DNA of 47,623 bases from Desulfosalsimonadaceae bacterium (lineage in GTDB: Bacteria; Desulfobacterota; Desulfobacteria; Desulfobacterales; Desulfosalsimonadaceae), in NCBI GenBank assembly GCA_035312245.1, contig DATGCF010000257.1, positions 1 to 47,623 of the forward strand, given 5' to 3'. Numbering within the stretch: the stretch's first letter is position 1; each line of letters begins with the position of its first letter. A program made the position numbers and the translations under genes. The notes beneath the pieces were generated by a model. The model was given only the letters and a program-made list of their open reading frames with translations. It did not search any database and had not been told where the DNA came from. Shown one piece after another: positions 1-9,223 of the stretch.

Positions 1-846
1 CATCTCCGGATCATCGACATACCCGGGCACAACCAAAGTGGTCATTTCAAAATGAACGCCCTGATCATGCATGGTTTTAAAGGTGTTCAGCACCGGCTGG
101 AGCCGGCCGCCGTTTAATTTCCGGTACAATTTATCGCTGAATGATTTAAGGTTCACATTGGCCGCATCCAGCACCTTACAGAGGGCGAGAAGCGGCTCAT
201 GATTGATAAACCCGTTGGATACCCATAAATTGTAAATCCCGTTCTGCCGGGCGATTTTTGCCGTATCGTGCATGTATTCAAAATACGTGGTGGGCTCTGT
301 ATAGGTGTACGCAATGGCATCCGCCTGGTGGTCCTTTGCTTTTCGGACCACTGCTTCCGGAAAGAGGTCGTAGTGCCGGACCGCCTCCGGCTTAACTTGG
401 GAAATCTGCCAGTTCTGACAGTTCAGGCATCTGAAATTGCAGCCGGTGGCCGCAATGGACAGGGCTTTGGACTGCGGATGAAAATGAAATAGGGGTTTTT
501 TTTCGATCGGGTCCAGGTGGACCGCGCAGGGATTTCCGTAGGCAAGGGTATATAGCTTGCCATTAATATTGACCCGGGAGCGGCATACGCTGCGGTCGCC
601 ATCAGATAGCGCGCAGCTGTTGGGGCAAATGCCGCAGACAACGTTTCCATTTGGCAGTTGATGATAGTAATCGACTTCGCGGGACCATTTCCACGGGGCG
701 TCCGGTGCGTCATTTTTAAAAATCGTCCCCGAAGCATTGGACTTTTTATCCGATTTGGCGGAAACTGGTGCCTGGCAAGGCAGTAATGTGGCCCCGAATG
801 CCAGGGCGCTGGTGGTTAAAAATTTACGTCTGGATATGGATGTCAT
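1..846 (-). CDS. AmmeMemoRadiSam-system radical SAM enzyme (PFL-activase-like), N-terminal 282 codons; the C-terminus lies beyond the window start
   Basis: Hand translation of the minus strand, absent from the ORF track because there is no stop in the window. It reads MTSISRRKFLTTSALAFGATLLPCQA... with a twin-arginine leader, then CGICPNSC, then CNFRCLNCQNW (CX3CX2C radical SAM motif at nt 418-441). The frame is open to nt 1 and ends ...VVPGYVDDPEM. The ATG at 844-846 overlaps the upstream gene stop (824-826). Confidence 0.8.
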   Translation of the reverse strand, partial: MTSISRRKFLTTSALAFGATLLPCQAPVSAKSDKKSNASGTIFKNDAPDAPWKWSREVDYYHQLPNGNVVCGICPNSCALSDGDRSVCRSRVNINGKLYTLAYGNPCAVHLDPIEKKPLFHFHPQSKALSIAATGCNFRCLNCQNWQISQVKPEAVRHYDLFPEAVVRKAKDHQADAIAYTYTEPTTYFEYMHDTAKIARQNGIYNLWVSNGFINHEPLLALCKVLDAANVNLKSFSDKLYRKLNGGRLQPVLNTFKTMHDQGVHFEMTTLVVPGYVDDPEM

Positions 847-2932
847 GGTCTGCCCGTATTAAAATTAAGCTTGCGGTTTTGATGCCGGCCAAAGCCGCTG
901 CCGTCCATAGAATACCCACATAGGGGATCAGCAGCACGCTGGTAATCAGGGTGCCGGCCGCCGCCCCAATTAAATCGGCGGAAAATGATTGAATCGCTGC
1001 GGACTGGCTGCTTCCACGAAGATAAAGGGCCACGGGGAACTGGCAGCCGCAGGCCGCAGACACCATAAATCCGAACACAAGAAAGCTGCCTAAAGGCAAA
1101 TGGTCACCCACTATGTAAACACTGGCAATGAAAAAAAGCAGCAAAGCGATCAGCAGGGCATCGGTTATGATCAGCACCTGGCGCCCATATTTGCGAAGCC
1201 GCTCGCCGAAAACCGCCCCTGGCAGGAGTCCTGCCAGAAAAACAGTGACAATCAGCCCGATTTGGTAATAAATATAGCCAAAAAATATCTGGAATGCAAA
1301 TATCACCAGGATTTCACTGCCCATGGTCAGACACCCGGTGGAAAAAAGGACGAACTCCTCCCGGGTGATGAGGATAAAATAAATCCCGGCCAGCACCGCG
1401 ATCAAGGCCATGAACAGCGTCGGCGAACTGGCATACTGGCTGAACCATTCAGAGAACATAATGCGGATCATGTTCGGGGCGTAGTCCCGGTTGACCGGCG
1501 CATCGCGAATCATCTCATCCTGCAGGCGGTCAATCCGGTTCGCGGTAATATTTCCGTAGAAGTAGCCGTGTATATAAGTGGTTTCAATCCCTTTAGCGGC
1601 AAGCAGATTCGGTATATCCGGACTAAGGGGGGCGTTTCGGCATAGGAAGTATATCCGGTCGCCCGGAAGCATCAGAATGTGCTCAAACTGCGTCTTGGCC
1701 GTCCGGTAGAGCGAGGATATCTTCTGCCGCTGCGCTTTGGAGAGATAGTTGTCAATGCCGCTGACAGAAAACTGGAAAATACCGTCCGGGTTTAAGCGTT
1801 TTTGGGCTAACTCAAAAAACCGGGCCGTATAGAAGCGGTTCAGCTGAAAGGTCTCCGGCTCCGGCAGATTTAGTAGAATAGCGTCATAGCCGTTATCAGT
1901 TTCCTTTAGAAACGCGCGGCCGTCCTGATGGATCACATTGAGGGCGGGTGGTTTTTTGAGCAGATCAAACCGGAATTGTACCTGCGTGATCCGGGGATCG
2001 ATTTCCACATAATCCACTTGTTCGGGCTGGTACTTGGCAATTTCCTTCATGATACCGCCCTTTGCGGAAATCAACAGGATTTGATTGACCGCATCAAGCT
2101 GGGATAAGGGGTAATGGACGGTTTCTTCGGCCAGGGTTAAGTTCTGACTGCTGAATAAGGGCACCCCGTCTAGAAAAAGGGTCTGCTGCCCGTCTGCCTG
2201 ATGCACTTCGATCCGTCCATATCTGGACTCTTCGTAATAGGCCACCTCGCCTTCCATGGGAGCCAGCGACGGGCGTTCGATATAAAGACCGAATGCCAGG
2301 CAGCTGAGGCTCACGGCCAATCCGGCGATAAATGCACTTTTGAGCCGCTTTGGGCGGGGCATCAATAGAAACGCCGCGAGGATTAGCGGCAGGTTGGCAA
2401 AAAAAAGGGCCTGAAACGGGGTTAAGAAAATGACCAGGGCAAAGGAGAATAACGCGCCGCCGGTCACATCGCCGATGTTGTCGGTGATATAGATCCGGGT
2501 GCCCGGGTAATTGGGGATCAGCCTTCCCGCCACACTCAAGCTGTAGGGCAGGGCAAAGCCTAAAACCAGGCAGTATGGGGCAATGGTTAAAAGCGTGTAG
2601 ACAAGCGTGGGGTAAAACCCGACCGATACGCCATGGATAAAGAAGATATCCCGCAGTACCCGGATCGCATAGAGCTCAAGCGGGGATAGCGCCACCAGAA
2701 ACAGCGAGAGCCAGCTGAGTCTCGCCATCGATGCATGCTGGCCGGCTGTTTTGGCCAGCATGGTGCCGATGCCGCCCAACATCAGCCAGTTAAAAAGGAT
2801 CAGGGCAACGACGAATTCATTTCCGTTGAACTGGGACAAAAACTCCCGGATGACCAGGAGCTGGGTGACCACCGAGGATATGCCGGTGGCAATGACAACA
2901 AGGGCGATCAGCCGATCATTTGCGTTCTTCAA
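824..2932 (-). CDS. Polytopic membrane protein with a central spermidine-synthase-like (class I AdoMet/dcAdoMet-fold) domain
   Basis: 702-aa ORF with roughly 7 hydrophobic helices N-terminally and 4-5 C-terminally. The central soluble region (VDYVEIDPRITQV ... DGRAFLKETDNGYDAILLNLPEP ... FYTARFFELAQKRLNPDGIFQF) resembles SpeE-type aminopropyltransferases, but the glycine-rich loop is atypical (SAKGG). It overlaps both neighbours, by 17 nt and 23 nt. Confidence 0.6.
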   Translation of the reverse strand: MKNANDRLIALVVIATGISSVVTQLLVIREFLSQFNGNEFVVALILFNWLMLGGIGTMLAKTAGQHASMARLSWLSLFLVALSPLELYAIRVLRDIFFIHGVSVGFYPTLVYTLLTIAPYCLVLGFALPYSLSVAGRLIPNYPGTRIYITDNIGDVTGGALFSFALVIFLTPFQALFFANLPLILAAFLLMPRPKRLKSAFIAGLAVSLSCLAFGLYIERPSLAPMEGEVAYYEESRYGRIEVHQADGQQTLFLDGVPLFSSQNLTLAEETVHYPLSQLDAVNQILLISAKGGIMKEIAKYQPEQVDYVEIDPRITQVQFRFDLLKKPPALNVIHQDGRAFLKETDNGYDAILLNLPEPETFQLNRFYTARFFELAQKRLNPDGIFQFSVSGIDNYLSKAQRQKISSLYRTAKTQFEHILMLPGDRIYFLCRNAPLSPDIPNLLAAKGIETTYIHGYFYGNITANRIDRLQDEMIRDAPVNRDYAPNMIRIMFSEWFSQYASSPTLFMALIAVLAGIYFILITREEFVLFSTGCLTMGSEILVIFAFQIFFGYIYYQIGLIVTVFLAGLLPGAVFGERLRKYGRQVLIITDALLIALLLFFIASVYIVGDHLPLGSFLVFGFMVSAACGCQFPVALYLRGSSQSAAIQSFSADLIGAAAGTLITSVLLIPYVGILWTAAALAGIKTASLILIRADHDIHIQT

Positions 2933-4391
2933 AATACTGTACCTGATAGGTCAGGACTTCCAAATCCCCCTTTTTCCATTCATTCCCCGGCAATCCGGCT
3001 TTCAGGCAGAGATGGGACAGAAACATTTCCTTATCCGGGAGCTGCTCCCAAACCTGCGGAAGAAAGGTCGAACTATACATGCCTTTTCGCAGAATCACGC
3101 CGTCTACATGCAGCCGAAGCTTGGCCAAAAGATCCTCCGCATCCTTGTATTCAAGGGGCTGGGGCTCTGTCAGCAGGCTAACCTCGATCACGATCTGATC
3201 CAATTCATCCTTGGAAAGGGCCGGAAAGCGGGGATCATTAAACGCGGCATTCATCGCGTTATCTTTAACTCCTTCCTTCAGCGGTTTATCCGGCAACAGG
3301 TTGCCGATACATCCCCGAAGCTGATCATTTTTGGTCAGGGTGACGAATGTGCCCCGACGAGACTGAAAAATATCATCTGATAGACGCGACTCGACATCCG
3401 CCGCCTCATCCGGTTCAACACCCAGCCGCTTGGCAATGGTCTGCCGCGCCAGCTGCACGAGCTGTTGGCCTTTTTCTTCGCTCATTTCATTTGATTGTGT
3501 CATAGACTCCTCTCCGTAAAATGCAATGGCAGCGTAACCAACGACCTGCTGACGGGAGCCGGCAGTGTCCGCGCTGTTCTCATGAAAAAGCAGCACAGGT
3601 TTCCATTTATGCTGTTTGGCCAGATCGATCAGGACCCGAAGCGGCGTCACACCGCACGCCCGATTGCTGCCATCTGCCAAATTTTTACCATTTAAATTTA
3701 ATATCATGTTTATCGTCTGGCGGTCCCGCCTATTGGCTTTTGCATATGAAAGATAATGCGAAAGATCCGTGCTGACAACCAAAAGGCTTGTATCCGCATA
3801 GATGCTGTTAATAGCTTCAGCGTATTGCTTGATGTTGCCCGGGCCCAATACTATCGGTATCAACTGGAATCCATTGAGCTGGGTTTGGAGAAACGGCAGA
3901 ATTACTTCAATGCTGTGCTCCTTTTGATCGGATGCCAGTACATGCCTGAAGCAGTCAAAACTGTTCCGCAGTTTGGCCGCATCCGGGTGCAGGTCGATTC
4001 GTCCCAACGGGGTTTTATATGCTTTCGCATTACTGATGGCGCCATTTTGAAACCCTACGCGGTGATCAGGCCCTAATATGATCGCTTTTGAAAAATTTGC
4101 ACCGGTCAACGTCCGGGCCGCATGGGCGGCCGTGCGGCCGGAATACACATACCCGGCATGGGGCATCACCAATGCTTTTAATTTCTTTTTCGCCGGGGTT
4201 TGAATGTCTGTCTTCCGGGCCTCTTCTAAAAGCTCCTGTATTTGCTGATGCAACTGCTCTGAATCGGCAGGATAGAATTTCCCGGCAAACACGGCCTCCC
4301 GGATGCCGCCCGCATGAAGGGGCTCTGCGCTGAAAAAGGCGAATAAACTTAGCACTATAAATATGTTAACTATTAAGAGGTTGATTTTCAT
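2916..4391 (-). CDS. Fusion of AmmeMemoRadiSam protein B (Memo-like) and protein A (AMMECR1 domain), with an N-terminal Sec-type signal peptide
   Basis: 491 aa. It starts with MKINLLIVNIFIVLSLFAFFSAEPLHA, followed immediately by the Memo-type start (AGKFYPAD ... MPHAGYVYSG ... STDLSHY). The C-terminal half has the AMMECR1 signature (GTFVTL ... LRGCIGN ... DPRF). Confidence 0.8.
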   Translation of the reverse strand: MKINLLIVNIFIVLSLFAFFSAEPLHAGGIREAVFAGKFYPADSEQLHQQIQELLEEARKTDIQTPAKKKLKALVMPHAGYVYSGRTAAHAARTLTGANFSKAIILGPDHRVGFQNGAISNAKAYKTPLGRIDLHPDAAKLRNSFDCFRHVLASDQKEHSIEVILPFLQTQLNGFQLIPIVLGPGNIKQYAEAINSIYADTSLLVVSTDLSHYLSYAKANRRDRQTINMILNLNGKNLADGSNRACGVTPLRVLIDLAKQHKWKPVLLFHENSADTAGSRQQVVGYAAIAFYGEESMTQSNEMSEEKGQQLVQLARQTIAKRLGVEPDEAADVESRLSDDIFQSRRGTFVTLTKNDQLRGCIGNLLPDKPLKEGVKDNAMNAAFNDPRFPALSKDELDQIVIEVSLLTEPQPLEYKDAEDLLAKLRLHVDGVILRKGMYSSTFLPQVWEQLPDKEMFLSHLCLKAGLPGNEWKKGDLEVLTYQVQYFEERK

Positions 4392-4541
4392 GGTATTATA
4401 ATTCCTAATGGTGTTGGCTCCTGGCCCCTGAAATCACCAAATTATCCAAAATACCATGCAATCTTGTCAAACAAAAATATTGCGGAAATCTAATGGCCAT
4501 CCTATTATTTGCTGAAACCTTTTCAGAACTAGGCTAAGTGC

Positions 4542-7367
4542 ATGAAAAAGCGCCTGATTATCCTGAAATTCGAGTCAAGTGAGGATTTCTGCCGGTACTA
4601 TGAAACAATCCAGCAGAAACGGCTGTTTTTGCCTTCTCGTTCCGCCATCGCCACTGGCACCCCGCTTGTTATCTCCCTGATTATCCCGATGGTCAATCGC
4701 CTTTTCTCTTTGGAGGGGAGTGCCGAAATACATACAGATTTAGTGACTGCCGGCATACAGGTCAATCTGGATGAGAGTTTTGATGACTTTATGTATGAAC
4801 TTGACACTGAACTCTCAGCACATGATGAATATGCCCGAAAATTGAACTGTGCGCCTTTCTTTGAAACGCCGATAAGCGAAACCGATGACGGCGAACTCAC
4901 CCTGGACTTGGATTATGGCAAGCGTATCGGCGTTGGTGGCAATTTGGAGACTTCCGATCCTGAACCGACGACCGAGCCATCTGAACCGGCGCTGCCTGAA
5001 ACAGAAAAGAAGCAGAAATATAGCGCCGAATCGGCCGATGATGAACCGTCAGATACGGCCAAGGCACCAGCCTCTTTTGAATGGATCCGCGAAGTCGTCT
5101 CTCATGAAGAATATGAAATCGAGGCCGACGCACCGCCTGAAGATCACGGCCAGGCCGTTCACGATAAAAAGGATTTGACTGCGGAAGAGCGGCAGCGGGT
5201 GGAGCCCGTCGGGCAGTTTACTATGAATTTCACCAAGGCGGTTCTGCGGAGCGGCTATTATGATCCGGACCATCCGGGCGCGGTGTCAGCTAAGCAGGGG
5301 CTTTACGAAGAATTTCAAAAAGTGCTCTTTGATACCCGGGAACTGATGATCACCAAGGAAGAAACCCGCGAGCATGTTGACTTTATGATCACCGGCATCC
5401 TGGATCTGCCGGTCACCGTCCGCACGGTCGTAGGGCAGGGGGTGGCTGAACTATTTGCGCCCAAGCTGCATGAGTATTTTGAGAAAAAGGAACTCATCAG
5501 CCTGGCGATCAAAAAAGAGATTACTAACGAACATTTTGAAAAATTTATTGATATCATGAGCGATCCCAAAGTGGACCGCTCGGAAGAGCGCACGCCCGGT
5601 CAGATTTTGACCAATGCCCTGGTCGAACAGGAGATCTCCGAAATTTCCGCCATATTCTTTGATGACCGGTTAAACCTTGAGAAGGATCTGCCGTGGCGGG
5701 TTGAAATGGCCATGCACCGTTTAGCCAAAGATCTCAAACTGCTGCCCATGTTCAAAGGCACGGAATCGGATATTGTCTCCCAAATCAAGGAGCAGTCCAT
5801 CCAGGATATCATCCGCCCTTTAAAGCATCCCAAACTGCTGAACGATTTTCTGGTCAACTGCTATATTATCGCCCAGCATATCGAGAACATGGAGCCGCGG
5901 GAGATCGAACAGATCATTGTGGACGCTTTTCCGATTGATATGCTGCTGCCCACCTCCAATTATACATTTGAAGAGCTTGACCGTCTGAATGCCATGAAGC
6001 TTGAGTATCCGGATAGCAGTATTGTTGACCGGAGACTAAAGGGCATCAAGCGTATCCTTAAAATGGTCGCCCGACGGGTGGTGATTGAAAAAGCCAAAGG
6101 CGGCCAGAATTTTTTGGCCCATTTGTATGATAACCAGATCCTTACCTTTGAAGAGCTTCCGGCAGACGCCCAGTATGTCATCAATACGCGGGAAATGGCG
6201 CGGGATGTTAAAAACCATTTTACCAGTTATTCCCAAGCCATGCGAAGCGCAGATGATGTGGATGACCTTGTTGTTTTTTTGAAGTGTTTTCGACGGATCA
6301 TGCCGCTTTTGATTGAAGAAAAGGATTGGAAGCTTATTGTGGACATTTCCCAGGTAATCGAAAAAAGCGCCGATAGATTCCCGCATCCCAAAAATAAATC
6401 CATTGACGCATTGGCGGCCGAGACGGTTTACTTGAAAGTTGATAAAAACAAGGATGCCTCAGTTGCTGATAAAAATGAGACCGTACAAAGCGCACTTGAC
6501 TATGTATTCATGGATCAAACCCATACTCTGGCCCTGGCTTATGAAACGGTCGCTCCTGAAGAACGAAAAAATCTGACCCCCATCTTTGATTGTCTGGGCT
6601 ATTTAGGGGTTGAAACACTGGGCCGGATCCTGGCGGATACCCAGGACCGCCAATTGCGGGGTCATATCGTCAACTGGCTGATACAAAAAAAGGCCGCCGC
6701 CCGGAAATGGGCGCATCGCATTTTGAATGAGCCGAATCGCATGTGGTATTTGTACAGAAATGCCATGCTCATCCTCCGGGAAGTGAGCAATGATCCCGCA
6801 GATGCCGACAGTATTCGCCCGTTTCTGGATGATGCCAACTCCCGGCTGAGGCTTGAGGCATTAAATGTCATTTCAAGCCTTAAGCCCGGGGATTTGGAAG
6901 CCTTAATCATCGCCTCGATTGGGGATTCAGACTCCCGGATAAACTGGCGGGCGGTAAAGGCGCTGGGCGAGCTCCCATCCATCAGCAGCAGCAGCATTCA
7001 AGAGATTCTCGGCCGCCTCACCCTTGAACCCCAGGATCCGGACAATGCATCCGGACATTTCAGACATGTATCCCTTCTGATCAGTGCCATCAATGGATTG
7101 CACCAGATTCCCATGCGCGGGCGTATTGAATCCGATATTATCCGGCTCGGCGAACAGATCGCCTTTAAGGACAAAAAATGGCGGCAGTTTTTAAAGCGCG
7201 CGGTGGGCGCCGAAGACGCGTCGGTGATTCTAAAGGCCGCTATCCCCCTGCTTGGCCGCATCGGCGGATCGGATGCCCAGGTCTTTCTTAAAAAGCTCTT
7301 AAAAAGCCGGCCAGACCTCTCTTCAGCAATCAATGAGGCCCTTGAAAGCATTCAAAACCGCGCTTAA
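4542..7367 (+). CDS. Large uncharacterised protein with a degenerate PilZ-like N-terminal barrel, an acidic linker and C-terminal HEAT/ARM-like repeats
   Basis: 941-aa ORF. The N-terminus (KKRLIILKFES...RLFLPSRSAIATGTPLVISLIIP...LEGSAEI...GIQVNLDE) follows the PilZ beta-barrel pattern but lacks the RxxxR motif. The C-terminus has HEAT-like repeats (LRLEALNVISSL..., DSDSRINWRAVKALGEL). Confidence 0.45.
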   Translation: MKKRLIILKFESSEDFCRYYETIQQKRLFLPSRSAIATGTPLVISLIIPMVNRLFSLEGSAEIHTDLVTAGIQVNLDESFDDFMYELDTELSAHDEYARKLNCAPFFETPISETDDGELTLDLDYGKRIGVGGNLETSDPEPTTEPSEPALPETEKKQKYSAESADDEPSDTAKAPASFEWIREVVSHEEYEIEADAPPEDHGQAVHDKKDLTAEERQRVEPVGQFTMNFTKAVLRSGYYDPDHPGAVSAKQGLYEEFQKVLFDTRELMITKEETREHVDFMITGILDLPVTVRTVVGQGVAELFAPKLHEYFEKKELISLAIKKEITNEHFEKFIDIMSDPKVDRSEERTPGQILTNALVEQEISEISAIFFDDRLNLEKDLPWRVEMAMHRLAKDLKLLPMFKGTESDIVSQIKEQSIQDIIRPLKHPKLLNDFLVNCYIIAQHIENMEPREIEQIIVDAFPIDMLLPTSNYTFEELDRLNAMKLEYPDSSIVDRRLKGIKRILKMVARRVVIEKAKGGQNFLAHLYDNQILTFEELPADAQYVINTREMARDVKNHFTSYSQAMRSADDVDDLVVFLKCFRRIMPLLIEEKDWKLIVDISQVIEKSADRFPHPKNKSIDALAAETVYLKVDKNKDASVADKNETVQSALDYVFMDQTHTLALAYETVAPEERKNLTPIFDCLGYLGVETLGRILADTQDRQLRGHIVNWLIQKKAAARKWAHRILNEPNRMWYLYRNAMLILREVSNDPADADSIRPFLDDANSRLRLEALNVISSLKPGDLEALIIASIGDSDSRINWRAVKALGELPSISSSSIQEILGRLTLEPQDPDNASGHFRHVSLLISAINGLHQIPMRGRIESDIIRLGEQIAFKDKKWRQFLKRAVGAEDASVILKAAIPLLGRIGGSDAQVFLKKLLKSRPDLSSAINEALESIQNRA

Positions 7368-7387
7368 AATATTAGTTTGAAATGACG

Positions 7388-8245
7388 CTAACCGGGCCGC
7401 TTTTCGTGGATCATCATGCTCCCGGTGGGGCAATCCGTGTGGGCGGCCACGACCGGGCATTTGACCTTAAAAATGAAGAAAATATGCTGGTCTGCGTCTG
7501 ACAGGGACTCAAAGTTGCCCTGGCCCTTTGCCACCACCAGGTCGGCATCACCAAAAGCCTGCTGAAAGGCTTTGCTGCATTGAGACAAAATAGTGCCGGG
7601 CGCATCCGATCCATTGTCCATTACATCCACTATTTCCGTCATACCGGTGGACTCCGCATCCGCGCGTGTGGCATCATTGATGACCGGGCCGCCGCGGACC
7701 ACATAGGTAATATGGTCGCGCTCAAGGGTTTCAATAAGAAGGCGGTCAAAAACGATTTCCCCGGCATTGTCGCCTAAAAACAGGATGTTTTGGGCAGATG
7801 CCATGGCCTTTTGAAATGCGCTGATATCCCCCTCCAGGGTTTGGGTCAGGGACTTTTCAATCACCGATGCGACTTCCGCCTGATTGACGGACTCGGCCAC
7901 CCCGAAGTCAATGATGTTTCCCGCAATGGAGAGGCGGATGGCGGTTTCAAGCGGGTTTGCCGACTGCGCAATCGTTTGTTTCAGTTGCGGATAAAGTTCC
8001 ATTCCGAACTGATTGTATTGTGTTTTGACTGAATCATAGGGATCACGGCTGCCCGTGGCCTCCCGGATGATCTGGTGAATCCGCTGTCCCATCATGGGCG
8101 GGGGCTGATTGAGGTTTAATTTCGCGGCATCGGCCAGTACGCGTCTTAGCACATGTTCATGGACGCCGGTCTCCGAGGTCGCAAGTCTTGCGGCATTTAA
8201 CGCCTGTTTTAGAAAACAGGGGATACATTCGTGATAGGTCTGCAT
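7388..8245 (-). CDS. DUF89 / ARMT1-like damage-control phosphatase
   Basis: 285 aa. It has the N-terminal CIPCFLKQ motif, LFLGDNAGEIVFD, and the KGQGNFE signature typical of DUF89 subfamily I. Confidence 0.8.
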   Translation of the reverse strand: MQTYHECIPCFLKQALNAARLATSETGVHEHVLRRVLADAAKLNLNQPPPMMGQRIHQIIREATGSRDPYDSVKTQYNQFGMELYPQLKQTIAQSANPLETAIRLSIAGNIIDFGVAESVNQAEVASVIEKSLTQTLEGDISAFQKAMASAQNILFLGDNAGEIVFDRLLIETLERDHITYVVRGGPVINDATRADAESTGMTEIVDVMDNGSDAPGTILSQCSKAFQQAFGDADLVVAKGQGNFESLSDADQHIFFIFKVKCPVVAAHTDCPTGSMMIHEKRPG

Positions 8246-8291
8246 ATATGATTTTTTTTCTGCGGTTTAATTCTAATTTTTACAGTAAAGG

Positions 8292-9221
8292 CTAAAAGCG
8301 CTTCCGATAAGCCATAAACCGGTCTTTGACCGTAGCCATGGCCGATGCGTCCGAATAGTTTTTGAGCTGTTCATAACACCTTTCCAGCCGGGCATCCAGC
8401 GGCGGGTGGGTGGAAAACCAGGATCCCTTATGCGTGGCTGATGCCTGTTTTTCCTTTAGCATTTCCAGTACCCGGATCATGCCCCGCGGGTCATAGCCGG
8501 TGCGGTAGGCGAACTCCATGCCGGATTTGTCCGCTTCAAACTCCATGTTCTTGTCAAGGCCCTTATCAAAAAGCACGGTTTGAAGATCGCCGATCATCGA
8601 TCGATATTTTTCGCCTTCCTCGCTGTCCATGTTGATGGTGCCGATTTTGCCCAGCCCCTCAAAAAATTTGGCCCGGCGGATGGACTGCAGGGCATGCTTG
8701 TGCGAGACATGGCCCACCTCATGGGCCAGTACGCAGGCAAGTTCTGCTTCATCCGACATTGACCGAACCAACTGGGCGCTCAGAAAAATAATCCCGCCGG
8801 GACAGGCAAATGCATTGTATAAAGGGCTATCGACGATGACAAAATAGTAATTGATATCCGGCCGGATCGAATTTTTAGCCGCCGCTTTGCCGAGCACATT
8901 GACATATTCCTGGAGCTTTTGATCCTTTACTGGCAGTCCGTACCGCTGGAAGCCTTCAAGGGCCAGACTTTCACCAATATGGAATTCGGTTTCATAATCA
9001 ATACCCGCCGCACTCTGGGCGATGCTGCCTATCCCCTCCATCGCCTGTTTGGCCTTCTGGATATCCTCGTTTTTGCCTTCCGGATCAAGCATTTTAAAAA
9101 GATCCATGGCATAGGCCGGGGTGGCCAGCCCCAGCGCCAGGGGGGCGGCCAGTTTCAGAAACTGGCGGCGGGTCTGATGGTTTTGATGATTGCCTTTTTT
9201 ACCCATAATCATATCCCTCAT
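8292..9221 (-). CDS. M48-family zinc metallopeptidase with a Tat-type signal peptide
   Basis: 309 aa. The leader is TRRQFLKLAAPLALGLATPAYA, and the HEVGHVSHKH (HExxH) motif sits in an M48/BepA-like context. The start lies 2 nt after the upstream gene stop. Confidence 0.8.
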   Translation of the reverse strand: MRDMIMGKKGNHQNHQTRRQFLKLAAPLALGLATPAYAMDLFKMLDPEGKNEDIQKAKQAMEGIGSIAQSAAGIDYETEFHIGESLALEGFQRYGLPVKDQKLQEYVNVLGKAAAKNSIRPDINYYFVIVDSPLYNAFACPGGIIFLSAQLVRSMSDEAELACVLAHEVGHVSHKHALQSIRRAKFFEGLGKIGTINMDSEEGEKYRSMIGDLQTVLFDKGLDKNMEFEADKSGMEFAYRTGYDPRGMIRVLEMLKEKQASATHKGSWFSTHPPLDARLERCYEQLKNYSDASAMATVKDRFMAYRKRF

Positions 9222-9223
9222 CG

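Noticed and set aside
423-737. Track ORF of 104 aa on the minus strand inside the first gene region
   Set aside because: It lies in a different frame from the long open frame that carries the Tat leader and the CX3CX2C radical SAM motif. It has no recognisable motifs and is fully overlapped by the better-supported gene.
1100-3380. Plus-strand ORFs 1100-1645, 2735-3181 and 2751-3380
   Set aside because: They are antisense to the well-supported 702-aa and 491-aa minus-strand genes. Their composition is Arg/Gly/Pro-rich shadow-frame sequence with no motifs.
4655-4670. TGGCAC-N5-TTGTT sigma-54-like motif on the plus strand
   Set aside because: It lies about 115 nt inside the 941-aa coding sequence with no downstream start or SD. 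It is most likely a chance match. A similar partial match at 44249-44264 inside the comEA-like gene was rejected for the same reason.
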